Source of the DNA: a virus
Virus record (IMG/VR): IMGVR_UViG_3300021185_001231
Strand: one strand, 5' to 3'
DNA: 64,000 bases
A model generated the notes under the pieces. That model searched no databases, had not been told where the DNA came from, and saw nothing but the letters and a program-made list of their open reading frames with translations. The translations under genes were made by a program, and so were the position numbers. Positions within the stretch are counted from its first letter, which is position 1, and every line of letters begins with the position of its first letter. Of the stretch, positions 44,642 to 53,468 are shown one piece after another.

Positions 44642-45642
44642 TACGCTAAACAACCTTTACCATCTAAACCACAAACAGGGCTTTCTTCTTCCTCTTCCCA
44701 TCCCCATTCTCCATCCATACCATTTACAGAATACTCCGTCACTCTTTTTTCAAAGAAGTTATCATGCGAGGCACCATTAAGGACCCAGTCTAACCAAGTC
44801 AATGGGTTATCCTTAACTCCAAACTTCGGTTTCATTCCAAGTTGAAGGAGCCTACGATCAGCGATGTGACGGATGTATTGTTTAACATCGGTTTCATCTA
44901 AACCTTCAATAGTACCCGACTTATATGCAAGTTTGATAAATCGGTCTTCTAACCTAACAGCATTCTTGGCCATCTCATATATCTTGGACTTCAACTCATC
45001 GTTCACGATACGTGGATGCTCTTCACAGAACTCACGGAATAGTTTCGCATTACCCTGTACGTGCATAGTCTCATCACGTATAGACCACTCCACAATTGTC
45101 CCCATACCCTTCATCTTACCGAAACGTTGAAAATTCAATAACATCACGAATGATGCGAACAATGACATACCCTCGTTGAATACGGATTGTGCTAGAACAA
45201 GAGCCAACCCAGTATGAGAGTTTATATTCCCCTCTTTCATGAAGTCTAACTTATCGGCCATTTCACTATATTCTAGGAATGCGTGATGTTCTTCGTCCGG
45301 TAAACCCAGAGTGTCATTTAACAATGCGTAAGCGCGTTGATGAACACCTTCACGATTAGCAAAAGAAGATAACATATTTCTTATTTCATTATTCTTGAAT
45401 TTAGGTATAAGAAGTTCATGATAGTTTTCTCCTACCTGAACATCAGACTGCGTGAAAAGTCTCAATATCTGAGTTATAAATTCTTTCTCTTGTTCAGAAA
45501 GTTTAGTCTTCCAATCCTGAATATCTTCAGAAAGTTCGGCTTCATCCTCTACCCAATGAATCTCTTCGTGTTTTTTTACCATATCTACCGCCCAAGGATA
45601 GACGAAAGGTTTGTATGATTTACTAAATTCTAATAGTGACAT
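44641..45642 (-). CDS. nrdB: Ribonucleotide reductase class I beta subunit
   Basis: FTQSD, REGVHQRAY, EGMSLF, IRDETMH, NFFE.RVTEY. Confidence 0.96.
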   Translation of the reverse strand: MSLLEFSKSYKPFVYPWAVDMVKKHEEIHWVEDEAELSEDIQDWKTKLSEQEKEFITQILRLFTQSDVQVGENYHELLIPKFKNNEIRNMLSSFANREGVHQRAYALLNDTLGLPDEEHHAFLEYSEMADKLDFMKEGNINSHTGLALVLAQSVFNEGMSLFASFVMLLNFQRFGKMKGMGTIVEWSIRDETMHVQGNAKLFREFCEEHPRIVNDELKSKIYEMAKNAVRLEDRFIKLAYKSGTIEGLDETDVKQYIRHIADRRLLQLGMKPKFGVKDNPLTWLDWVLNGASHDNFFEKRVTEYSVNGMDGEWGWEEEEESPVCGLDGKGCLA

Positions 45643-45645
45643 TTT

Positions 45646-47634
45646 TTATCCCTCACAAGCTCTACATTCTTCGGATTCTTCTTGTACCGGATTGTCCAAG
45701 AACTTCATTAAATCTTCATACCCACCAACATATTTTCCTGAGATATATATTTGAGGTACACTTTTTACTTTTCGGCCAGTAACTTCTGCTGCACTTTTGC
45801 CGACTTCTTTTAGGTTTATATAGTCGTAGTCTATGCCTCGAAGTTTAAGTTCATCTTTCGCCAACTGACAGAAAGGACAATTGGGGATGCCGTAAACTAG
45901 AGTTCTTGTATCTTCTCCTAAAGCAACACGTTCTACCTTTTCAGAAACATTTTCCGCACGACTCTTCGCCTCAGTTCTAAGGTAATAAAGACCTTTTAAA
46001 CCTATCTTCCAAGCCATCAAGTGAACTTTATTGACATAGGCTTTATCCGCACCAGAAGGGAAAAATACATTTACAGACTGTCCTTGACAAATATATTTCT
46101 GTCGGTCACCAGCGTGTTGTATAACCCAAGTTTGATCCAATTCTTGAGCAGTTTTAAAAACTGATTTTTCACCCTCAGTAAGGAAAGGTAATTGTTGAAC
46201 CGATCCCTTATTGGTTATAATTGATGTCCAGTTCGACTCGTTATTCTCTCCCTTCTCCTCTAATAGTTTAGTGAGATAGTTATTCTTAACTAAAAAAGAA
46301 CCAGCACGAGTTCTATGAGTATATGCATTTGCTTTAGAAGGTTCTATTGAAGGACTTGTACTCAAAATAACACCAGAAGATGCGTTAGGGGCAATAGCCA
46401 TCAAGTGAGCGTTTCTACGACCACTACCCACACCATCGGGGTACTCCCCTCTAAGTTCTGCAAGTAGTTTAGTTTCTGATACAGCTTCAGAGTTGATATG
46501 GTTAAATACTGTATTGTTTATACTTCTGGCAGTCTCAGATTCCCACGCAACTCCGTGTTTCTGTAATAAGGAATGAAAACCCATTGCACCAAGACCTATA
46601 GATCTTTCCCTATATGCAGAGAATCTCGCTCTTTTAATACTATCTGGTGCATTCTGAATAAAATGTTCTAAAACATTATCCAACATACGAATCAAATCTC
46701 TAACGATATTCGTATCTTTCCATTCCTCATAGTACTCAAGGTTAAGAGAAGACAAACAACAAACCGCAGTACGATCTTTGTCCGTAGGTAAATGTATTTC
46801 ATTACATAGATTGCTGCCTCGGATTTTTAAACCTAGATCTTTTAGTGGTTGAGGAAGATCTCTATTCGCAGTATCTATGAAATTAAGATAAGGTTCACCT
46901 GTACGGAATCTTGTTTCTAAAATACGTTCCCATAGCTTACGAGCGTTGACAGTATCTTTTATAGTATTTCCTTTAGGACAAACTAGATGAAAGTTTCTAT
47001 TATTTTTTACGGCTTCCATAAAATCGTCACTGATATTAATAGCATTATGAAGATTTAACGCTTTACGTTGAACATCTCCAGTAGGTATACGCATATTAAG
47101 GAATTCTATTATTTCTGGATGGGAGACATCCATGTATGCCGCATAAGAACCCTTTCGAGTCTTACCTTGTCGATATGCAATCATATCAGCATCTACAGTA
47201 TGTAAAAAGGGCATAGGGCCGGGAGCTATATCGGAGACGGATCTGACATCAGACCAATGACCCCCTACTCCACCACCCATAATAGACAACCATCTAAGTT
47301 CGGAAGAGTGTTCTATAAGTCCCTCAACTGTATCAGGAACATAGGTAAGAAAACAAGATATCGGAAGACCCTTGTTTTTCTTTTTTGTTCTGGAATTGGG
47401 GGCATTAGATAATACTGGAGAGGCAAACATGAACCACTTCTGACTCACGTACTCATAAAGTCTCTGTGCGAGACCTTCGTCGAGTTCTCCATTATAGGTT
47501 GACCAAGCAGTGGCGGCACGGGCATATGCGTTTTGAGGACTTATTTCTCCCTCTTGCATATAGAAGTCTTGTAACATTGATAGAGCATAGTCTGTAAGTA
47601 ATTCATCTCTTTTTTTATTAATTCTTACAGACAT
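45646..47634 (-). CDS. nrdA: Ribonucleotide reductase class I alpha subunit with fused glutaredoxin
   Basis: ISCF, SNLCNEI, VCCLSS, APNASS, LYYLR; CPFC/VPQI/GGY Grx domain; terminal CRAC. Confidence 0.96.
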   Translation of the reverse strand: MSVRINKKRDELLTDYALSMLQDFYMQEGEISPQNAYARAATAWSTYNGELDEGLAQRLYEYVSQKWFMFASPVLSNAPNSRTKKKNKGLPISCFLTYVPDTVEGLIEHSSELRWLSIMGGGVGGHWSDVRSVSDIAPGPMPFLHTVDADMIAYRQGKTRKGSYAAYMDVSHPEIIEFLNMRIPTGDVQRKALNLHNAINISDDFMEAVKNNRNFHLVCPKGNTIKDTVNARKLWERILETRFRTGEPYLNFIDTANRDLPQPLKDLGLKIRGSNLCNEIHLPTDKDRTAVCCLSSLNLEYYEEWKDTNIVRDLIRMLDNVLEHFIQNAPDSIKRARFSAYRERSIGLGAMGFHSLLQKHGVAWESETARSINNTVFNHINSEAVSETKLLAELRGEYPDGVGSGRRNAHLMAIAPNASSGVILSTSPSIEPSKANAYTHRTRAGSFLVKNNYLTKLLEEKGENNESNWTSIITNKGSVQQLPFLTEGEKSVFKTAQELDQTWVIQHAGDRQKYICQGQSVNVFFPSGADKAYVNKVHLMAWKIGLKGLYYLRTEAKSRAENVSEKVERVALGEDTRTLVYGIPNCPFCQLAKDELKLRGIDYDYINLKEVGKSAAEVTGRKVKSVPQIYISGKYVGGYEDLMKFLDNPVQEESEECRACEG

Positions 47635-47979
47635 TCAAATAGACTCCGAATTTAAATCATTAAAGGTAAGTCTCTTTCCTTCATTGATAAAAGATTTAAT
47701 TGTGTCTAATATATATGAATTTTCTTTACTATAACTAGAGAAATTTTTAGATATTATGTGACTTCTTAGGGATAACTTGGGGTCAGATAATAAGAATCTG
47801 TTTAGAGGGAGATCGTGATTTTCTTCCATAGGATCAAGGTTTACCAAGACAACCTCATTATGTTTTCCATAGTGTGCTTGGACAACGCCTTTGGCTCCAC
47901 CTATTGCGGATTCATCAAAGAAGACTACCGCCTTGTCTTCAATGTTCATAACAACGACTTTCATTTTGATAATTGACAT
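47635..47979 (-). CDS. Hypothetical protein
   Basis: ORF with GAGG RBS upstream of nrdA. Confidence 0.6.
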   Translation of the reverse strand: MSIIKMKVVVMNIEDKAVVFFDESAIGGAKGVVQAHYGKHNEVVLVNLDPMEENHDLPLNRFLLSDPKLSLRSHIISKNFSSYSKENSYILDTIKSFINEGKRLTFNDLNSESI

Positions 47980-48005
47980 TTCAATCCTCGCATAATTTAG
48001 TATGT

Positions 48006-48034
48006 ATTATATCACAAAAGACAAAGAATGTAAA
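48006..48034 (-). promoter_or_regulatory. sigma70-type promoter for nrd operon
   Basis: TTTACA-N17-TATAAT. Confidence 0.7.
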
Positions 48035-48037
48035 GAA

Positions 48038-48229
48038 CTAAATTGAAGGATTTTCTCTTCTGTCAATCATTCTTTGTAATATTGGTGGTACATCTTTTCT
48101 TTTCTTTTTTCTGTCGTATTTTTTTCTAACGACAACTGTAGAACTATCATCTCCAGTTCCTACAACCGAAGTTGTAGATGTTGAGGCTGTTTCCTCAAAA
48201 TTATCTTTCCACTGTTTAAATGTTCTCAT
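48038..48229 (-). CDS. Small putative internal head protein
   Basis: N-terminus MRTFKQW..FEE; basic tail. Confidence 0.6.
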   Translation of the reverse strand: MRTFKQWKDNFEETASTSTTSVVGTGDDSSTVVVRKKYDRKKKRKDVPPILQRMIDRRENPSI

Positions 48230-48813
48230 TAATCTCTCTCCAATAAAATCATGTGATTTTGTCTGTCTGTTGCTGGATATATATACTCTTTCAATTTATG
48301 ATACGGAAAATCTAGTTTTGTAAGATAATGATCGACCAAATCTCTTGGATATATGTTATCTATTTCTGACATACATCGCACATAATCATCTACTAATATG
48401 TATTTTATATTTGCATTATTACACAGATTCAAATCTCTAGACATTGAATCTGTTCTATGGTCACCATCAATAAAAACCATATCATAATGTTCTATCTCAT
48501 GAGGTTCTATAGAGTGAGAATTTCTATGAGAAAAAGTAAATCTCTCTCCGAACATATTCTTAAGTTTTTCTGCATTTACAAGAGTATGATCATACTGACC
48601 GATATCCACCGAATGTAAATTCAGTTCTTTCATTATACTCATAAAAGTATAAGAACTATGTCCATAATTAAAACCAATCTCAAATAAATTATTGCAGTTA
48701 GTTTCTTTTAGTATTGCAGAAAATATAAGACATGTTACCTCACTAGGAACAACATGACCCTCTCTTTTGGGCCAACCTTCAGTGAGAAACTCGCAGTCTT
48801 CGACGAGATTCAT
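48229..48813 (-). CDS. Class I SAM-dependent methyltransferase (Methyltransf_24-like)
   Basis: EIGFNYGHS, SVDI, DMVFIDGDH, VDD. Confidence 0.85.
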   Translation of the reverse strand: MNLVEDCEFLTEGWPKREGHVVPSEVTCLIFSAILKETNCNNLFEIGFNYGHSSYTFMSIMKELNLHSVDIGQYDHTLVNAEKLKNMFGERFTFSHRNSHSIEPHEIEHYDMVFIDGDHRTDSMSRDLNLCNNANIKYILVDDYVRCMSEIDNIYPRDLVDHYLTKLDFPYHKLKEYIYPATDRQNHMILLERD

Positions 48814-49409
48814 TTTTTTAGTTCACCTGTGGTTACATACATGGGTTGTTGAGATTTTAGGTGTATTGCTTCATATATGTTTATACCAAAAATCTCGCCG
48901 CATGGATGAGAATTATCTTCTGTTATTCTTATCTGGTCATTAGAAGAAACTACCTCAACAAAGTTAGAGGTCACAGTCTCTTCCTTTATTCTATAGACGC
49001 CAGGTGAAACTTGTTTGTTTTCTAACATAAACCATTCAGATTGTTCTTGTAGAATATCTAATATATCTATTCCAGTATCTTTATGAATCTTGGTTATTCC
49101 CTTGTCGTTTAACTCTCCGTGTTCCTTAATCAAATATAGTGCAGCTGCATATGATGCAAGACGACTACTGCCGCCCGGAGCTTTCGCCATAAGTTTCTTT
49201 ATATTGAAAACAAGTCTATGAAACGGAGTATAATAATTACGGTAAGCTTCGCGTTCGTCCATAGTATTCATACTATAATCTTTGCGTTTTTTACCATCTC
49301 TATCGATAATGCCCGCTTTAAAAGTTTCGGTTTCTTCTATGGGTGTGACCAATAGTTTTAAAAATCTTACCGTATAAACTAAGTCTGCTGCTGATTTTAA
49401 TAGTCCCAT
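48810..49409 (-). CDS. Conserved hypothetical protein
   Basis: D..Y..RFLKLLVTP...GIID..G...YTPFHRLVFNIK. Confidence 0.75.
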   Translation of the reverse strand: MGLLKSAADLVYTVRFLKLLVTPIEETETFKAGIIDRDGKKRKDYSMNTMDEREAYRNYYTPFHRLVFNIKKLMAKAPGGSSRLASYAAALYLIKEHGELNDKGITKIHKDTGIDILDILQEQSEWFMLENKQVSPGVYRIKEETVTSNFVEVVSSNDQIRITEDNSHPCGEIFGINIYEAIHLKSQQPMYVTTGELKK

Positions 49410-49774
49410 TATCTCATATCTCTTAATGTCTTTATTACGTTTTTGTCCATACTAATACCAGTAAGATCATCATTAGTTATCGCCTTTAAAAATATAAGAA
49501 AAGGTTTCAACGCGTTCCATTGTTCAATACCTTCTATTTTTAATGCTAACATCTCTACTCCAGCTTCATTCCCGAAGACATTAAAAATCACGATGAGATG
49601 ATTTAATATAAGTCTTTCTGACAATTCATTAGAAGATACGTATTTATTTAATAATCTTTTTACGTACTTGAATCTTTTTAAATCAGAAAAGAATTCTTCA
49701 CTGTCTATACATGTCGGATTATAATAATGTTGTGCTGCATATAATATTAAATTTTTACTTGTTAATTCCATCAT
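49409..49774 (-). CDS. Conserved hypothetical T4-like protein
   Basis: YA..HY.NP.C...EF..DL.RFKY.KRL...LILNH. Confidence 0.8.
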   Translation of the reverse strand: MMELTSKNLILYAAQHYYNPTCIDSEEFFSDLKRFKYVKRLLNKYVSSNELSERLILNHLIVIFNVFGNEAGVEMLALKIEGIEQWNALKPFLIFLKAITNDDLTGISMDKNVIKTLRDMR

Positions 49775-50627
49775 CTAAAAACTCTGGTAAACTCTGATAT
49801 TCCGGTAAAGTCCCTAATCGTTCTACCATTTTATTAAATGGTCCAACCCAGTCCCAATTATTTTTTTTAACAGTTCCCTCATAGTCTTGCATATAGAAAT
49901 ATGTGGGTTTAGTTCTTTCTCTGTATCTTACCATATTTAGACCACCACTAAGTGCGATCCTTTTAAGTTTTAAAAATTGTATCGTATCTTCACCAATAAC
50001 TAAAGAGTTATCGTAGTGCATCATCTCCGCACATTTCTTAGAGAAGAAAACTATCCTACACATAGATTCGTGAGATTCTCCATACCTTTCTATTATTTTA
50101 TTAAATTTTAATCTTTCTTCACTTAATTTTTGTGCCTCGTCCTTTGAGTAGTTTCCATATTCTTCGGACATAAAAAAATCTGTAAGATCTTCTTTAGATA
50201 TATTTTGATTTTCTAAAGAAGACTTATCAAATGGGAAGTAATGTACATACCAGTCTCCCCTTATAGATTTTTTTACTGCTTTTTGTCGATATAAAACCAA
50301 ACAATCTGGTGCATTATACCACATAGACATGCGTTTGTAAAGGTCTATTCCATATTCGGTTAATATATCATCTCCATCAATATGTACCATGTATTCGTTA
50401 TCACTTTCTCGGAATAATTTTAGTACAGAGTTTTTACCAGTTGCTGGAGTTCCGTCCGATTCAGTAACATAGTGTTCTATTTTGTGTTTTACACAAAAAG
50501 AAACCGCAGCATCTATATAATTCTCATCCAAAGAATTAATGACGACTACGGCTTCACCAGTAGGTATTTTATAAAAGTGTCTTTTTAGGCACTCTATATG
50601 ATTAGAAGTGAGAATGTAAAACTTCAC
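49755..50627 (-). CDS. GT-A glycosyltransferase-like protein
   Basis: SDGTPATGKN, IDGDD, GED. Confidence 0.65.
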   Translation of the reverse strand: MKFYILTSNHIECLKRHFYKIPTGEAVVVINSLDENYIDAAVSFCVKHKIEHYVTESDGTPATGKNSVLKLFRESDNEYMVHIDGDDILTEYGIDLYKRMSMWYNAPDCLVLYRQKAVKKSIRGDWYVHYFPFDKSSLENQNISKEDLTDFFMSEEYGNYSKDEAQKLSEERLKFNKIIERYGESHESMCRIVFFSKKCAEMMHYDNSLVIGEDTIQFLKLKRIALSGGLNMVRYRERTKPTYFYMQDYEGTVKKNNWDWVGPFNKMVERLGTLPEYQSLPEFLDDGINK

Positions 50628-50633
50628 AGAAAT

Positions 50634-50903
50634 TTATTCTGACTTAAGACCACAGTTTTTCAATGTGGTCAACATATCTCCTTTTTTCAAATCCTTTACT
50701 ATATCTATTCCATGATGACTAGCAAGTTCGATGAGTTCTTTTTTAGTCATCTTTTCTATAGATTTGTTAGGAGGTGACTCAGTCAAAAACCTAGAAGTTA
50801 ATTGTCCAGTTTTAGGATCAGTTTTCTTAAATAACATTATATACCCTATGATACCAATAACCAAAGATATTAATACGCATGTAAATAAAGTATCAATTTC
50901 CAT
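50634..50903 (-). CDS. Membrane-anchored protein with HeH/Rho-N-like domain
   Basis: N-terminal TM; MTKKELIELA...GI.....KK..M. Confidence 0.6.
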   Translation of the reverse strand: MEIDTLFTCVLISLVIGIIGYIMLFKKTDPKTGQLTSRFLTESPPNKSIEKMTKKELIELASHHGIDIVKDLKKGDMLTTLKNCGLKSE

Positions 50904-50925
50904 AATAAAACCTTTTTATTAACCC

Positions 50926-51666
50926 CTACTTAGAACCCTTTAAAATTTTCTTATCACCAGTATCATTATCGCCCGGTCTTTTCTTCTTTGATGGTCCACC
51001 TCTTCCAGCTTTAGATGCTGTCTCCGCAGCTTTCTCTCCATCAGCAACAACTTCCGGACTATCTGCACCATGTTGTTTTGCGAATTCTTTAGACTTAGGA
51101 GATTCCTTGTCCATGATGCCTTCGGGTTTTGAAGCGGAATCGGGAACTTGTTTAGGTTTTGCAGCCTCTACAATCTGATCCCACATAGCATCAAATGATT
51201 CTTTTATTTTTGATATCTCCGCTTTCTTGTCCGCAGTCTTAGGGTTTTTCTTCATATCAGAACCGTCACCTACTTCAGGTTCCTTGTCAGTATCAACCGG
51301 AGATTCCTCATCGTCTTCCTTTTCAGCTTCAGTCTCTCCATCATCTTCCTTACCCTTTTTCTTGGGTGGGAAAGGTTTCTTTTTGTCGTCTTTTTCCGCT
51401 TCAGTATCATCTACAGCTTCGTTCTTTGCTGGCTTCTTACCACCATCAATAGCGTCGTCAGTAGCTTTGCGACGTTTGTGTAGATACTCATCAGAGGAAT
51501 CAACATCTCCGTCATTATCGATATCCTTGTCTTTTCGATCTTTGAACTTCTTATCGTTCGCTTTATCATCGACAGGGTCTAGAGTTTTCTTTTCTTCCAG
51601 CGATTCTTCTTGAGAGACCATTGACTTATATGCCTCTATCGCACCAATTAATTTATTATTTGACAT
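50926..51666 (-). CDS. Highly charged low-complexity protein (putative internal/scaffold)
   Basis: K/D/E-rich; DIDNDGDVDSSDEYL; LEE/IKE/IVE candidate cleavage sites. Confidence 0.7.
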   Translation of the reverse strand: MSNNKLIGAIEAYKSMVSQEESLEEKKTLDPVDDKANDKKFKDRKDKDIDNDGDVDSSDEYLHKRRKATDDAIDGGKKPAKNEAVDDTEAEKDDKKKPFPPKKKGKEDDGETEAEKEDDEESPVDTDKEPEVGDGSDMKKNPKTADKKAEISKIKESFDAMWDQIVEAAKPKQVPDSASKPEGIMDKESPKSKEFAKQHGADSPEVVADGEKAAETASKAGRGGPSKKKRPGDNDTGDKKILKGSK

Positions 51667-51675
51667 TTTAGCCTC

Positions 51676-51975
51676 TTAGTGTATATTCATTGTTAAAATT
51701 TTAAACATTGTACCTAAAGCAGCAGTAGCAACAACATACATAATACCGTATAGGATTTTTACCGCACGATGAGATTCATCGGCTTTACTTTCTAGATTGT
51801 CTATTTTTTCAGACATTCTATTAATTCTTTTGTACTGATTCTGATTTGAAGTCTCTATCGCAATGAGTTTTTCTTCAGCTCTAGCCAAAGAAATCATAGC
51901 ATCAGATAATTTATCTATCTTCTCTTCAATTCTACTGAGACGATCATCTCTCCAATTTTCTTGTGATTCCGACAT
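51676..51975 (-). CDS. Coiled-coil protein with C-terminal TM
   Basis: RL.RIEEKIDKL heptads plus hydrophobic tail. Confidence 0.7.
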   Translation of the reverse strand: MSESQENWRDDRLSRIEEKIDKLSDAMISLARAEEKLIAIETSNQNQYKRINRMSEKIDNLESKADESHRAVKILYGIMYVVATAALGTMFKILTMNIH

Positions 51976-52004
51976 TAATGGACTTTCCCATATTATATTA
52001 GTTT

Positions 52005-52012
52005 TATTTATA
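52005..52012 (-). promoter_or_regulatory. T4-type late promoter
   Basis: TATAAATA. Confidence 0.7.
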
Positions 52013-52017
52013 AAAAA

Positions 52018-52278
52018 CTAAAAACCTGAATTTATCGCTAATGTTCTTAGAACTCTAGCGTCGACATTATATTGTTTAGATACGACACCAGCATAATATT
52101 CAAGTCCATGACGGCGTCCCTTTTCCGATTTTTTTCTATCCCAAATATCCTTTAGGATTTTAAGTGCGGCAGAATACTTTTTTTTCTGAATAGTATTTGC
52201 CATAACCTTTTTTAAAAACTGACCAGTAGGTGCTTCAGTTATGACTTCAGATGAAATATACTCCTTAAAGGATTTCAT
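52018..52278 (-). CDS. Putative internal head protein
   Basis: MKSFKEYISSEVITE N-terminus. Confidence 0.7.
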   Translation of the reverse strand: MKSFKEYISSEVITEAPTGQFLKKVMANTIQKKKYSAALKILKDIWDRKKSEKGRRHGLEYYAGVVSKQYNVDARVLRTLAINSGF

Positions 52279-52631
52279 CACTCCACCTTTGCACTAGCAC
52301 GCCACTGACGACAGCTCCAGTACCTAGCTTTCCACTTAGGGCCTGGATCTGAACAATTATGTCTTGCGCGGAAACTTTTTCTTCTTTCGGGGTCATCTCT
52401 TTTGATCTCCATATTAGGATCACCAAAAGATACCTTTACCACATTACCCTTATCGTTCTTTACATACACATAAAACTTCTTAGAACCACCACGTTGAATC
52501 TTATTCAACTTGACGTTGTCTTTCTTACCTTCTTCAGATACATATTCCGCATCCTCAATGACGAGTTCTTCATCTAAGGTAGAACAATCGTCACAACAAG
52601 ATTCAGATAAGAACTGTGAAAATCTTTTCAT
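52278..52631 (-). CDS. Conserved hypothetical protein (DUF6321-like), putative internal head protein
   Basis: MKRFSQFLSE; KKFYVYVK...V.FGD...RRKSFRARH.C...ARYWSC..W. Confidence 0.8.
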   Translation of the reverse strand: MKRFSQFLSESCCDDCSTLDEELVIEDAEYVSEEGKKDNVKLNKIQRGGSKKFYVYVKNDKGNVVKVSFGDPNMEIKRDDPERRKSFRARHNCSDPGPKWKARYWSCRQWRASAKVE

Positions 52632-52635
52632 GGTA

Positions 52636-53271
52636 TTATCCTTTCATATTCATTGCTTTCTTCATAGAAGACAATGACTTATTAATCTCATCCTGAAACT
52701 TCTTACGTACAGCAGGCTTCTTGAAAGAATCAAATTTCTTGGAAACTAATTGACAAGCCTTTTGTGGGAACTTTTGAGTCTTACCATCCTGAAAAGTTAC
52801 AGTACAACCCTTAGGCATATCAACACCGCGACGAATCTGCATAATCACATTCTTATCCGCAGCTTTACGATCATCAGAAGATGCTTTGTAATCATCAACG
52901 TCAGCAGAGTCCTTTTCTGTAGATTTCTTAGGACGACCATATGAGATTGCTTCTTCAACAGATTCCTTCACTTCTGGATTTTCGTGAGAGTAACTGTGAG
53001 GTTCGAAAGCCTCTGCCAAAGACCAACCCTTTCTTAGGTATTCCTTTTCTTTGGACTTATCGATTACGATTGTCTTACCGCCCTTCTGAACCATAGAGTC
53101 CTTCTTAGGATCTTTCATCTGTCGGGCTTCTTCAACCTCTTCACGAGCAACTAGTTTCCAACCCTGTCTTTTCATTCGGTCAGCAGTCTTACCATCAACC
53201 TTACGAGTGTAAGGTCCTTTCTTCATGGTGTAGTTCTCTGCACCTTCTCTTATCTCTTTAAACTGTTTCAC
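52636..53271 (-). CDS. Putative internal head polyprotein
   Basis: MKQFKEIRE; basic modules separated by VEE/LAE. Confidence 0.7.
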   Translation of the reverse strand: MKQFKEIREGAENYTMKKGPYTRKVDGKTADRMKRQGWKLVAREEVEEARQMKDPKKDSMVQKGGKTIVIDKSKEKEYLRKGWSLAEAFEPHSYSHENPEVKESVEEAISYGRPKKSTEKDSADVDDYKASSDDRKAADKNVIMQIRRGVDMPKGCTVTFQDGKTQKFPQKACQLVSKKFDSFKKPAVRKKFQDEINKSLSSMKKAMNMKG

Positions 53272-53273
53272 GT

Positions 53274-53456
53274 TTAACTTCCTCTTGATGCGCCACGAAT
53301 CATTTTCGTTGCTGCTCGGTTTGTATTATTTAATTTGAGACTGGGGCCTTGCGACCCCGTCATGTTAAACTTATTATTTTCAGAACTAGTAGACTGCAAC
53401 CTTTCTCGTTTCTCTTGAGACATCTTTTTGTTGCGAGGTTTCTTAGTCTTACTCAT
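53274..53456 (-). CDS. Small basic hypothetical protein
   Basis: AAGGA RBS; K/R-rich. Confidence 0.6.
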   Translation of the reverse strand: MSKTKKPRNKKMSQEKRERLQSTSSENNKFNMTGSQGPSLKLNNTNRAATKMIRGASRGS

Positions 53457-53468
53457 ATTTATTCCTTA

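Noticed and set aside
44641-47634. Introns or inteins in nrdA/nrdB
   Set aside because: Both frames are continuous and of normal length, with no splice or intein motifs seen.
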